DNA of 33,456 nucleotides from a virus. Its lineage: Duplodnaviria > Caudoviricetes. The notes beneath the pieces are model-generated. The model made no database searches, was not told where the DNA came from, and worked only from the letters and a program-made list of their open reading frames with translations. The stretch covers positions 1 through 33,456 of the IMG/VR virus record IMGVR_UViG_3300027772_000091; one strand, given 5' to 3'. How positions within the stretch are numbered: position 1 is the first letter of the stretch; each line of letters begins with the position of its first letter. Below, piece after piece: positions 16,638 through 25,266 of this stretch. The translations under genes and the position numbers were made by a program.

Positions 16638-17418
16638 TTATATCGCCAGTTAGTGTTGATGGGAAAGCTCGACCATAACCCCAAATAATTCTTACAGCAC
16701 CAATGGAAGCCGCACCACCGCCAGCGCCACCTGTTGAATTAGTAGCACCGCCAGCGCCACCACCATAAGCACCACCATTACCTCCAAAGCTGCTTGTTCC
16801 AACCCTAGTATTTGTAGATCCATTAGCTCCACCAGATACTCCTGTTCCAACAGAAGCAGTACCACCCGTTTGTGAATCACCAACACCACCACCTGTAGCG
16901 CCAGACCCAGAGCCACCTAATATTCCAACGCCTCCACCGCCACCTCCTGCAAGATTACCACCAACAGGGCCGCCAGCAGAGCCAGCAGAGCCATTTCCTC
17001 CATACCCCGCAGCACCGCCTCCACCAGAGCCTCGGTCTGCACCACCAGCACCACCAGAATAATTTACATCACCGCCTGTAGCAGTACCACCTGCGCCACC
17101 ATTTACACCACCAGCAGCCCCATCGCCAGCAGTTACGCCTTGAAATACTGATCCTGATCCAACTGTTACTGTGTAAGAATTGCCTGGCACAACAGTAATA
17201 TTATTTTTATAAGCTAATGCACCACCGCCACCGCCTCCACCATTACCCGCACCATTACCGCCAGTACCAATGCAAAGAACGCAAACACTTGTTACGTTTG
17301 CAGGAGCAGTCCATGAAAAAGTACCAGCAGTAGTGAATAAAGCACTACCATAGCCATTATTCAAGCCGCTACCAAATGCTCTTGTAGAGGATGATGCAAT
17401 CGTTGTTAGGAGTGGCAT
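16630..17418 (-). CDS. Glycine-rich tail fibre / adhesin
   Basis: FTTAGTFSWTAPANVTSVCVLCIG.GG, GGGGG runs, C-terminal GAVRIIWG. Confidence 0.7.
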   Translation of the reverse strand: MPLLTTIASSSTRAFGSGLNNGYGSALFTTAGTFSWTAPANVTSVCVLCIGTGGNGAGNGGGGGGGALAYKNNITVVPGNSYTVTVGSGSVFQGVTAGDGAAGGVNGGAGGTATGGDVNYSGGAGGADRGSGGGGAAGYGGNGSAGSAGGPVGGNLAGGGGGGVGILGGSGSGATGGGVGDSQTGGTASVGTGVSGGANGSTNTRVGTSSFGGNGGAYGGGAGGATNSTGGAGGGAASIGAVRIIWGYGRAFPSTLTGDING

Positions 17419-17425
17419 ATTTACC

Positions 17426-18094
17426 TTAAGCAAAAATTGCTTTAGAAACCAATACAGTAAATGCCGCAGAACCAGTTTTAATTACTGTATATGTGTATGC
17501 GTCAATTGCACTTGCAGTACCAGCAGTTGGAGCCACACCACCAAGCCACTTAACAGTTACACCTGTAGCTGTACCATCAATCTGTATTACGTTGTTGTAA
17601 TAAGCAGTAGAGCCATTTGTAACCAAATGCACAACAGAAATAGACTCTCCTGTTGCCATCAATGTATCAAGCGTTACTGGAGTGCTTGCACCTGTGATAT
17701 TTATTGTCCAGTTAGCAGAAGCATTGCTTGTGTAATACAAAACAGACTGAGTTGTTGCGTAGTAAGCAATAGTGCCTGTTGCCGCAGTAGCAGAAACAGT
17801 TACCTTTTCTAACGCATTGACAAACTTTGTACCTACAGCAGTTGTAGACCCAGTAAATGTCTGCTTACCAGTATATACATTGTCTGTACCAGTACCAGGC
17901 ACTACTAAGTTTGTACGGGCATTAGCCGCAGTAGCAGCGCCTGTTCCACCTTTAGCAAGCTTTAGTACAGGACCAGAGTCAAACAAAGCATCAACTAGAT
18001 CAAAGTCTGTGTTTATCTTAGTACCCCATGAATCGCTAGAAGCGCCAACTTCTGGTTTTGTAAGACCTAGATTTGTGGTTGTTGTATCAGCCAT
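17426..18094 (-). CDS. Tail fibre protein
   Basis: MADTTTTNLGLTKPEVGAS.D.WG.K.N N-terminus; GGTGAATAANARTNL fibre motif. Confidence 0.7.
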   Translation of the reverse strand: MADTTTTNLGLTKPEVGASSDSWGTKINTDFDLVDALFDSGPVLKLAKGGTGAATAANARTNLVVPGTGTDNVYTGKQTFTGSTTAVGTKFVNALEKVTVSATAATGTIAYYATTQSVLYYTSNASANWTINITGASTPVTLDTLMATGESISVVHLVTNGSTAYYNNVIQIDGTATGVTVKWLGGVAPTAGTASAIDAYTYTVIKTGSAAFTVLVSKAIFA

Positions 18095-18101
18095 ATTTAC
18101 C

Positions 18102-18572
18102 TCATTGCGTAGTTACTGTCCAAGACTCGGATTGATCTGTTGCATCAGTCCAAATCTCTGATTGATCTGAAATTGTTGACCAAGTTTCTGAAATTAAACT
18201 TGCATCTTCCCATTTATATCTTGCAGAAACAGCAACAATAGTGCTTCCAATTATAAAAGCACTAGTATTTGTTTGTAAATTAACAACGCAATCAACTAAT
18301 GAAACTGAAGATACATTTGCTGAACAAGTTATAACTGTTGCTACAGATGCTTGAATGCTACTAGATGACTGAATTTCTGCTTGAACAGATTTAATAACTA
18401 GTGCAGAAGATGTAATTGAAGATTCACTAGCAGGAGCTGCACTTACAGCCTTAATTGCTATTGCATTTGTTGTAATAGATGATGTGCTAATTACTTCTGC
18501 GGAAACCTCAAATACTCCACCGCCACCAAGCGTAGAGAAGGGAGACTGCGAAAAAGCACTTATTCCAAACAT
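18102..18572 (-). CDS. Ser/Ala-rich putative virion protein
   Basis: MFGISAFSQSPFS N-terminus; C-terminal spaced W repeats (ETWST, EIWTD, ESWTV). Confidence 0.65.
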   Translation of the reverse strand: MFGISAFSQSPFSTLGGGGVFEVSAEVISTSSITTNAIAIKAVSAAPASESSITSSALVIKSVQAEIQSSSSIQASVATVITCSANVSSVSLVDCVVNLQTNTSAFIIGSTIVAVSARYKWEDASLISETWSTISDQSEIWTDATDQSESWTVTTQ

Positions 18573-18757
18573 TATTTCAAGTGTCCATTACCTGATAACC
18601 ATGCAAAAAGAGCAACTGTTCCTAAACCTACTATCCAGAAAAACTTTTTAACAATACTTTTCCCAATAGAAATATAAACATTTTCTATTACTTTTTCTGT
18701 GACTTTTTCAACTAGTTGTTCTAGTTGTTCATCAGTAAGTATTGTTTGATTTTGCAT
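18572..18757 (-). CDS. Small single-TM membrane protein
   Basis: KKFFWIVGLGTVALFAWL hydrophobic segment. Confidence 0.6.
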   Translation of the reverse strand: MQNQTILTDEQLEQLVEKVTEKVIENVYISIGKSIVKKFFWIVGLGTVALFAWLSGNGHLK

Positions 18758-18763
18758 GATATT

Positions 18764-19864
18764 TTAAAAAGTAATTGTGCCAGAAGATGTCCATGTATAC
18801 ACGCGATAACCCCCAGCAACGGTAATGGTTGGAGATCCGGTAGTGGATGTAGCCGCGCCGTACGTATCTGCATAGCGAATTATGACGATACCAGAACCGC
18901 CAGCTTTACCTTCTCTGGATGGTGAAAATAAATAAACGCCACCACCACCACCGCCACCCATATTCGCCGTGCCAGCAGTAGCCGCTATATTGTCATCGTA
19001 ATCTCCACCAATACCGCCGCCACCATTACCGCCAGCCGCTGAAGTATTTCCACCACCACCTCCGCCACCAGCACGGAAAACAGAAGTTCCTGTAATTGAT
19101 GAAGCTGATCCTACGCCACCATTACCACCGACACGACCTACACCATTTGCACCAACTGCCCCGGCTCCACCACCACCGCCAGCACCGTCGTCAGGCGCAG
19201 TACCACCGTTATTCCCTTGCCCAGAAATACCCGTACCAGCCGCACCATATTGACCCGCACCGCCGCCAGAGCCACCATTAGCAACAGGGGGGGAAGCAAA
19301 AGCGCCTCCACCAGAACCGCCGCCAGTTGACGTGATAGATGAAAAAACTGAATCTGACCCGCTTGTTGGATTGGTGCTTGGATAAACACCCCCCGTACCT
19401 CCAGCGCCAACAGTAACTGTAATGGACGAACCAGCCGTTACAGCAAATCCAGATGCGGTTCTATACCCACCAGCGCCACCACCGCCACCGCCTTGACCGC
19501 TACTTCGCCCTTGACAGCCTCCACCGCCACCAGCAACAACTAAATATTCCACCGTTGGAGTGGCATTTGTGAATGTACTAACTGTATTCCAACTACTGTT
19601 GATTGTTGAATAAACCTCAAAAGTATTTGTAGTCGTGTTAATGCGCGTCATTCCATTAGCAGGGGTTGCTGGCCGCTGTGCCGTTGTACCAATAGGAAGA
19701 GTTACTGCACCAGTGGAATTCAATGTGGCATTTTGAGATGTACTTACAGTTATTGCTGAAGAGCCATTTGTTTGAAGCGCAAGAACGCCAGACGAATCCC
19801 CATCCTTCTTTACACCTGGAACACCTGAAACTGCTCCGTTGTCAGAATTAACTGTTGAAGTCAT
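18764..19864 (-). CDS. Glycine-rich tail fibre paralog
   Basis: LP.GTTAQRP...GMTR.NT; VEYLVVAGGGGG; GGSGIVIIRY; YTWTSSGTITF. Confidence 0.75.
   Translation of the reverse strand: MTSTVNSDNGAVSGVPGVKKDGDSSGVLALQTNGSSAITVSTSQNATLNSTGAVTLPIGTTAQRPATPANGMTRINTTTNTFEVYSTINSSWNTVSTFTNATPTVEYLVVAGGGGGCQGRSSGQGGGGGGAGGYRTASGFAVTAGSSITVTVGAGGTGGVYPSTNPTSGSDSVFSSITSTGGGSGGGAFASPPVANGGSGGGAGQYGAAGTGISGQGNNGGTAPDDGAGGGGGAGAVGANGVGRVGGNGGVGSASSITGTSVFRAGGGGGGGNTSAAGGNGGGGIGGDYDDNIAATAGTANMGGGGGGGVYLFSPSREGKAGGSGIVIIRYADTYGAATSTTGSPTITVAGGYRVYTWTSSGTITF
19764..19798. repeat. 35-bp perfect direct repeat, copy 1 (copy 2 at 20892-20926)
   Basis: CCATTTGTTTGAAGCGCAAGAACGCCAGACGAATC is identical in both paralogs. 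Confidence 0.85.
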
Positions 19865-19870
19865 GCTATT

Positions 19871-20992
19871 TTAGAAAGTGATTGAACCAGAGGCGGTGAA
19901 TCTATAAACTCTGTAACCACCAGCAACAGTAATGGTTGGGCTACCCGTTGTAGATGTTGCCGCCGCAAAGGTATCTGGATAACGAAGAATAACCACTCCA
20001 GAACCACCAAGGCCCGATCCGGCTCCGCCACCACCACCTGTGTTTGCTGCACCGTTTGTACCACCCGAAATATTTTGACCTGTACCGCCACCGCCTGTGC
20101 CCGGTACACCTCCATTTGTAACGCCAGTACCAGCCCACAAATCTCCAGAGCCGCCGCCTGCATATGTGGTTGAAGATCCGCTAATTACATAAGCAAGTCC
20201 ATTACCACCACTTCCTCCTCTAGAGGACGTACCATTACCGCCAGCTACACCTGCACCGCCACCACCACCACCGCCATAATTAGCATCATAAGTACCGCCA
20301 CCACCAGCAGTTCCTTGTCCGGCTGTACCACTACTGGCAACAAGACCGTTGTACCAGCCACCACCTCCAGAGCCACCAGTGTGCCCTGTTTGCCCGTCAG
20401 AATAAGCACCACCACCACCGCCAACTGCGGTATATGTAGTTGCACCTATCGTCATTGCGGAGTTAACACCATCACCAATAGTTCCAGTAGTAGATGCAAT
20501 CCCTCCTGCGCCTATAGTGATGGTATAGGAAACACCAGCCGTAACAGCTACAGCAGCGCCATTAGGAGTTTTTGGTGTTTCAGCGCCGTAGTAAAGCAAA
20601 CCACCAGCACCGCCACCCCCGCCTCGGCCACCATTTACCAAACTACCACCACCGCCACCGCCAGCAACAATCAAAAGTTCAATTGAAGATGCGACATTTA
20701 CAAAGGTAGAAATAGTATTCCAAGAACTATTAACAGTTGAATACACCTCAAGAACCCCAAGAGAAGTATTTATGCGGGTCATCCCATTTGCAGGAGTTGG
20801 GCGTTGGGCTGTAGTGCCAACTGGGAGAGTTAATGAACCCGTAGAATTAAATACAACATTCTGATCTGTGCCAATCGTGACCGCAGTTGTACCATTTGTT
20901 TGAAGCGCAAGAACGCCAGACGAATCAGCGACTGTCTTTAAACCAGCACTTCCTGATACTGATCCACTATCGGCGTTAATCGTTGATGCCAT
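19871..20992 (-). CDS. Glycine-rich tail fibre paralog
   Basis: Same architecture as 18764..19864; ends YRFTASGSITF. Confidence 0.75.
   Translation of the reverse strand: MASTINADSGSVSGSAGLKTVADSSGVLALQTNGTTAVTIGTDQNVVFNSTGSLTLPVGTTAQRPTPANGMTRINTSLGVLEVYSTVNSSWNTISTFVNVASSIELLIVAGGGGGGSLVNGGRGGGGGAGGLLYYGAETPKTPNGAAVAVTAGVSYTITIGAGGIASTTGTIGDGVNSAMTIGATTYTAVGGGGGAYSDGQTGHTGGSGGGGWYNGLVASSGTAGQGTAGGGGTYDANYGGGGGGGAGVAGGNGTSSRGGSGGNGLAYVISGSSTTYAGGGSGDLWAGTGVTNGGVPGTGGGGTGQNISGGTNGAANTGGGGGAGSGLGGSGVVILRYPDTFAAATSTTGSPTITVAGGYRVYRFTASGSITF
20892..20926. repeat. 35-bp perfect direct repeat, copy 2
   Basis: Identical to 19764-19798. Confidence 0.85.
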
Positions 20993-21001
20993 TATTTTTC
21001 C

Positions 21002-21364
21002 TTATGAGGTTACTTCAACCCAAGAAGTTGTAGCCTCATCCCAAGTGTATTTCTTATCATCAATTGGATATGCAACAGGTGCATTCCACTGGCAAGTAGT
21101 TTCGTCTAAAGTCCATGAAGCAAACGGCTTGGGTGCAATAAACGCATCACGAGTTGAATCGTATGTATAACCAATCCCAGCGTAATTCTTGCGCATATTA
21201 CCGTTATAGCTGGTTTGTAACCACACACCGCCTAACAAATCGTGGCAAAACTTAGCGCCAATTGTTTCTGACTCAGCGCCATGCTGATCTTTGCAATCGT
21301 CATTGCTTACAACAATAACGCGCAACACCGTGTTGTTTAATCCAATTTCTGCAAAATGTGCCAT
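21002..21364 (-). CDS. Fibre-associated small protein (MAHFA... type)
   Basis: MAHFAEI...WLQTSYN..MRKNYAGIGYTYD..RDAFIAPKPFASW...W.APV.YP.D...Y.WDE. Confidence 0.75.
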   Translation of the reverse strand: MAHFAEIGLNNTVLRVIVVSNDDCKDQHGAESETIGAKFCHDLLGGVWLQTSYNGNMRKNYAGIGYTYDSTRDAFIAPKPFASWTLDETTCQWNAPVAYPIDDKKYTWDEATTSWVEVTS

Positions 21365-21378
21365 GTCTGCCTCAATCT

Positions 21379-21699
21379 TTATTGAACCAAAACCCAAGAT
21401 ACTGTGGCTTCATCCCACAAATAACGCTTGCCATCAGTTGGATATGTAACGGGTGCATACCATTGATTAGTCGTTTGGTTATACAACCAAGATGCAAATG
21501 GTTTTGGTGGAATGAACGCATCAGTTTGGCTGTCATAGACATAACCAACACCTGGGAAGCATTGGCGTATTGAGCCATCTTCCGTACATTTCAACCATGT
21601 ACCGCCATATTCTCGATACAACCAATCACTATCTTTGGTATCTACCAAATACAACACATCAGTAACGATGTTATTTTCTACTTTTGCGTACCAAGCCAT
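21379..21699 (-). CDS. Fibre-associated small protein, paralog of 21002..21364
   Basis: G.GY.YDSQTDAFIPPKPFASW...W.APVTYP.DG..Y.WDEAT.SWV shared with its neighbour. Confidence 0.75.
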   Translation of the reverse strand: MAWYAKVENNIVTDVLYLVDTKDSDWLYREYGGTWLKCTEDGSIRQCFPGVGYVYDSQTDAFIPPKPFASWLYNQTTNQWYAPVTYPTDGKRYLWDEATVSWVLVQ

Positions 21700-21708
21700 T
21701 TTATGTCC

Positions 21709-22788
21709 TTACGCAGTATATGTGCCAGCGGTTGTGAACGTGTGGTATGTGTAACCACCAGAAGAAGTTACAGTACCACCAGTACCTCGTTGTGCGCCCA
21801 AATAGCTAATAATAAAAACGCCCTGAGTACCATTACCTGTACCAGAACCACCATTACCATAAGAGCCACGCAAAGCATTACTTGAGTCCCCCGGTGTTGA
21901 TCCGCTGCCAGCAGTTAACGCCGCACTTGTTACTGTGCCAGACTTGAAGTACCCAGAACCACCACCGCCACCAGAGTTCCCCGCAGGACTATCTCCGTTA
22001 AAACCTGCGCCTCCACCCCAATAGCCACCGCCACCGCCACCGCCACCGCCGCCATCACCAAAAGTGCTTGGAGTGCCACCTTGCAGTGCCGATCCATTAG
22101 TAACTCCCCCTTGAGAATTCCCACCAAGACCGCCTGCGCTTTGTGATCCACCAGTTCCAAAGTTTGATCCACTACCATCAACTCCAGTAGTCCCGCCACC
22201 AGCACCGCCAGCAGCGCCAAAACCAGAACCAGAACCTCCCCCGGCAATTAACAATGCGTTAGCTTGCGTAGCAGATGTCAAAAAAATTCCTGAATAACCA
22301 CCGCCTTGACCGCCAGCTCCAACAGACCCAGCAAGACCTCCACCACCGGCAACAGTTGTTCCTCCATTAGAGCCATTGGCTCTATACGCCCCGCCTCCAC
22401 CCACCACTACCGCGTAAGCAGTTGAAATGGTAAGTAAAGCAACACCATACGCTGCACCGCCACCGCCGCCACCATTAGTGACAAAACCACCACCGCCGCC
22501 ACCCCACCCATTCAAATAAACGGAATACGCATCAGCCGGAGTTACTGTAACAGCCTCCCAGATAGTCCCGTCGTAGACTTCAAGGTTTGTGTTGGTTGTG
22601 TTCCAACGAGTCATCCCAGCTGTAGGGGAGCTGGGTCGTTGAGCCGTTGTCCCAGCAGGCAAAGTCAAAGCGCCAGTAGCGTTAACAGTCACCAACCCAG
22701 ATGTGGGTGTAAGTACCAAATTGCCTGTAGTGTCAGCAGTGCTGACCAGCGCCGTAGTTGTAGTTGTTCCTGCTGAAATAGTGCTCAT
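21709..22788 (-). CDS. Glycine-rich tail fibre paralog
   Basis: LPAGTTAQRP...GMTRWNTT; poly-Gly tracts; ends GGTVTSSGGYTYHTFTTAGTYTA. Confidence 0.75.
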   Translation of the reverse strand: MSTISAGTTTTTALVSTADTTGNLVLTPTSGLVTVNATGALTLPAGTTAQRPSSPTAGMTRWNTTNTNLEVYDGTIWEAVTVTPADAYSVYLNGWGGGGGGFVTNGGGGGGAAYGVALLTISTAYAVVVGGGGAYRANGSNGGTTVAGGGGLAGSVGAGGQGGGYSGIFLTSATQANALLIAGGGSGSGFGAAGGAGGGTTGVDGSGSNFGTGGSQSAGGLGGNSQGGVTNGSALQGGTPSTFGDGGGGGGGGGGYWGGGAGFNGDSPAGNSGGGGGSGYFKSGTVTSAALTAGSGSTPGDSSNALRGSYGNGGSGTGNGTQGVFIISYLGAQRGTGGTVTSSGGYTYHTFTTAGTYTA

Positions 22789-23237
22789 ATAACTACCCAC
22801 CTTTGACCAGATGTTACTGTTACAGATTTACCCGAAACAAGAGTAACAGGACCAACAGAAAAACCATTTGTTCCAGCATAAACTGTCATATTTTCGGTAA
22901 CAGTATCACTTTGCATCATTACAGGACTAGCAGAACTTACTACTGATGGATATGTTACAAACACATCTTTAGTTCCTGCTGAAAGATTTACAGCAGATCC
23001 ACTATTTGACGATCCAAGAATTGTTGTTCTAGCTAATGTTGTACCAGACGATGTGTATGTGCCAATTCCAACTTCCCACTCAGATCCACTAGCAGAAGAT
23101 ATGGCATAGTATGTAGTATTGCCATTTCCAACTACTGAAAATGATTGAAAACCAGTAGCTGCGCCAGCAAGGGTAAGAGTACCCGTTCCTGTCGTAGTCG
23201 TGGTCTCTTTGACACGATCAGCAAGAACTAATGCCAT
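22785..23237 (-). CDS. Putative virion structural protein (Thr-rich)
   Basis: MALVLADRVKETTTTTGTG...WEVGIGTY...GTKDVFVTYP; located in the tail module. Confidence 0.7.
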   Translation of the reverse strand: MALVLADRVKETTTTTGTGTLTLAGAATGFQSFSVVGNGNTTYYAISSASGSEWEVGIGTYTSSGTTLARTTILGSSNSGSAVNLSAGTKDVFVTYPSVVSSASPVMMQSDTVTENMTVYAGTNGFSVGPVTLVSGKSVTVTSGQRWVVI

Positions 23238-23239
23238 GA

Positions 23240-23632
23240 TTAACTCAATGTGATGTCAAGATCGCCAGCAGGGATGCGTAACACATCACCACTTGCAATA
23301 GACTTACTTGTCGTTAGGTCAGCAAAAGCAAGCATATTGCCTGTTGTAAGTGCGTCAAATATAGCAATGGCAACAATTGTTCCCCAAGTACCAGTAGCCG
23401 CATCAAAGTCAATTGCTGAACTATTAGTTGCTAAAGTGCCTGTACCACTTACTGTAAAGGCGGCAGACTTACGTGCGTATCCGCTACCAGATACCTCTGT
23501 ACCACCACCCACATCAGTAGGTGCAACAGTAAACAGTCCAACATAAACAGTTGTAGGAGATGTATAAGCAGTATTAGTGAATACGTGCTTTAGAATCTTG
23601 TCTTCAAGATAATCTGTAAAAGAACCTGCCAT
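23240..23632 (-). CDS. Putative virion structural protein
   Basis: F.DYLE.KIL.H...VYVGLFT..PTD.G.G.EVSG.GYAR...WGTI....I.DA.T.GN.L. Confidence 0.7.
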   Translation of the reverse strand: MAGSFTDYLEDKILKHVFTNTAYTSPTTVYVGLFTVAPTDVGGGTEVSGSGYARKSAAFTVSGTGTLATNSSAIDFDAATGTWGTIVAIAIFDALTTGNMLAFADLTTSKSIASGDVLRIPAGDLDITLS

Positions 23633-23635
23633 ATA

Positions 23636-24256
23636 TCACCCCAAAGATCGGGCACGAACAATCGGAGTTGAAGCAACAGACGCCCTTTGATCTGCTATTT
23701 CAATGTCGCCCAAGGAGTTTGTATATAACGTACTCCAAACGGCTAGACGCTCATCATCTTTTAAATATGGTGTTGCTTCTACTAAAGAACCATATAAGTA
23801 CAAGTCTGGGGCATAGGCCAAAAGCCAGTTGCTTGTGTTTGAATCACTCAGCGCAGGAATCTTACCATAATATGTAAGTTCACCCGTATAACCAGTATCA
23901 GGAGTTGGAATGACTTGTATCTGAGTACCAATAATTGTATAAAACAGAGGCTTACCATTAGCAACATAATTAGTTGCAGACCCGTAATCACCTTGATTCT
24001 GCGTTACATACTGTAGGTAAGTAATTGGATTTGTATTCAGTTGGAATTCTTTGGCCTGTAAGAAGTCAGATGGGAAGGCAAAATACTGAGTATCCAAAGT
24101 AGCCGTAGCCCTTTTAACCATCTGTCTTACACGCAACTTACGATTGAACTTTGCTTCAGCCAATGTAATAAAGCCTGGAATAGCAGAAGTCAGATCATCC
24201 CGGTTAAGATAATCCGCTATCGTTGTCTTTAAACCGCTAAAGGTATCAAGTGCCAT
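23636..24256 (-). CDS. Head-tail adaptor / tail tubular protein A
   Basis: LK..IADYLNR.DL...IP.FI.LAEA..NR.LR...NWLL..APDLYLYG.L; follows the capsid module. Confidence 0.75.
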   Translation of the reverse strand: MALDTFSGLKTTIADYLNRDDLTSAIPGFITLAEAKFNRKLRVRQMVKRATATLDTQYFAFPSDFLQAKEFQLNTNPITYLQYVTQNQGDYGSATNYVANGKPLFYTIIGTQIQVIPTPDTGYTGELTYYGKIPALSDSNTSNWLLAYAPDLYLYGSLVEATPYLKDDERLAVWSTLYTNSLGDIEIADQRASVASTPIVRARSLG

Positions 24257-24911
24257 TTTCTACATCCCTACACGCTAGTGTATGCTCATGTTTGTACTCA
24301 AATGTACCAATATGAAAGATCTGTTTTGAGAGATCTTGGTCAATATAAGTTTTATGCCCATTTTGGGCGGCTCTACGGCAAAACCATACATCTTCACCAA
24401 TATAGTCTTCCGCAGCGGGAACCCAAGGGATAGCGAACCAAGGATATTCCATAGATTTGTAGACTTCGGATTTAACAAGCATTACGCCCATTCCGCAGTA
24501 GTCTACTTCAACAAGTCCTGTTGAATCGTCCTCAGTATATACCCGATTGATAAAAGTTGCATCCATGTCTGGGGTATTTTTTTTCACCGCAATCGGTTCA
24601 GTTGGGAATCTACGCTTGGCATAGTTTCCACAGACAATACCAGTATCATGTGCCAGTAATCGGATAATAGAATCCTTTGGGAAGCGCATATCGCTATCTA
24701 GCCATAGGGTATGCGTACATTCTGCTGCCACCGCATCCCTAGCCAAATCCTGACGTTGTGCTGACAGTAAAGTTCCAGAACTAGTGTAGATCACTACTTT
24801 GTGATTTGTTGTACCTACAGTAAATCCTACTAGCTTAGCTAAATCAAAAGCAAATCCAGAATTAACAAAGTCCCGTGTTGGGACTAATATCCCAATGGTC
24901 TTACTATCCAT
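24246..24911 (-). CDS. GT-A fold (GT2-like) glycosyltransferase
   Basis: ILVPT N-terminal strand; R..LA..A; LWLDSDM (DxD); G.G.MLVK..V; GEDVWFC; HIG. Confidence 0.8.
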   Translation of the reverse strand: MDSKTIGILVPTRDFVNSGFAFDLAKLVGFTVGTTNHKVVIYTSSGTLLSAQRQDLARDAVAAECTHTLWLDSDMRFPKDSIIRLLAHDTGIVCGNYAKRRFPTEPIAVKKNTPDMDATFINRVYTEDDSTGLVEVDYCGMGVMLVKSEVYKSMEYPWFAIPWVPAAEDYIGEDVWFCRRAAQNGHKTYIDQDLSKQIFHIGTFEYKHEHTLACRDVENGT

Positions 24912-25225
24912 TAAACTTCTCCAGGTCTTGTGCGAAATGCACGATTATCAGGGTCATTCAACCAACGCTTCATGTAGGCTTGGTCATCAAGCTTACCTTC
25001 TGCTTTCATTTGATAATACAAAGCCATTGGGATAGATGCAACATGGTGCAAATCACCCTTCCAATTGGCCTTCTCATCAAACGAATTAAATCGTTCTTTG
25101 TTTGCTTCTACCACTTCGGTAGCATCAATGATTGTCTGAATGGTTGCCTCATCTTTGTCAGCATCGTAATGCCAAAGCTTTTTGGTCCCCATTTCTGAGT
25201 TTATGTCAAAGATTTTTGTAGTCAT
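24911..25225 (-). CDS. Hypothetical phage protein after the major capsid gene
   Basis: HVASIP...WLNDPDNRAFRT motif; coupled to the glycosyltransferase (TAATG). Confidence 0.7.
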   Translation of the reverse strand: MTTKIFDINSEMGTKKLWHYDADKDEATIQTIIDATEVVEANKERFNSFDEKANWKGDLHHVASIPMALYYQMKAEGKLDDQAYMKRWLNDPDNRAFRTRPGEV

Positions 25226-25255
25226 AAAAAAAGGGTGGGTTATTAGCCCACCCTT
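25226..25255 (-). terminator. Rho-independent terminator after the major capsid gene
   Basis: Minus strand AAGGGTGGG-CTAATAA-CCCACCC-TTTTTTT. Confidence 0.8.
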
Positions 25256-25266
25256 GGTTACTCAGA

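Noticed and set aside
16700-22510. Many (CCA/CCG)n runs that look like microsatellites or a repeat array
   Set aside because: They have a period of 3 with variable third positions and simply encode poly-Gly; there is no repeat-spacer structure, so not CRISPR
18764-22788. Possible diversity-generating retroelement or invertase shufflon acting on fibre genes
   Set aside because: No reverse transcriptase or recombinase in the window, no template/variable pair differing only at adenines seen, and all paralogs are co-oriented
24577-24584. A8 homopolymer in the glycosyltransferase as a phase-variation tract
   Set aside because: It is in frame (Lys-Lys-Asn) and A/T runs of 7-8 occur elsewhere in this genome; it would need read-level length variation to be credible
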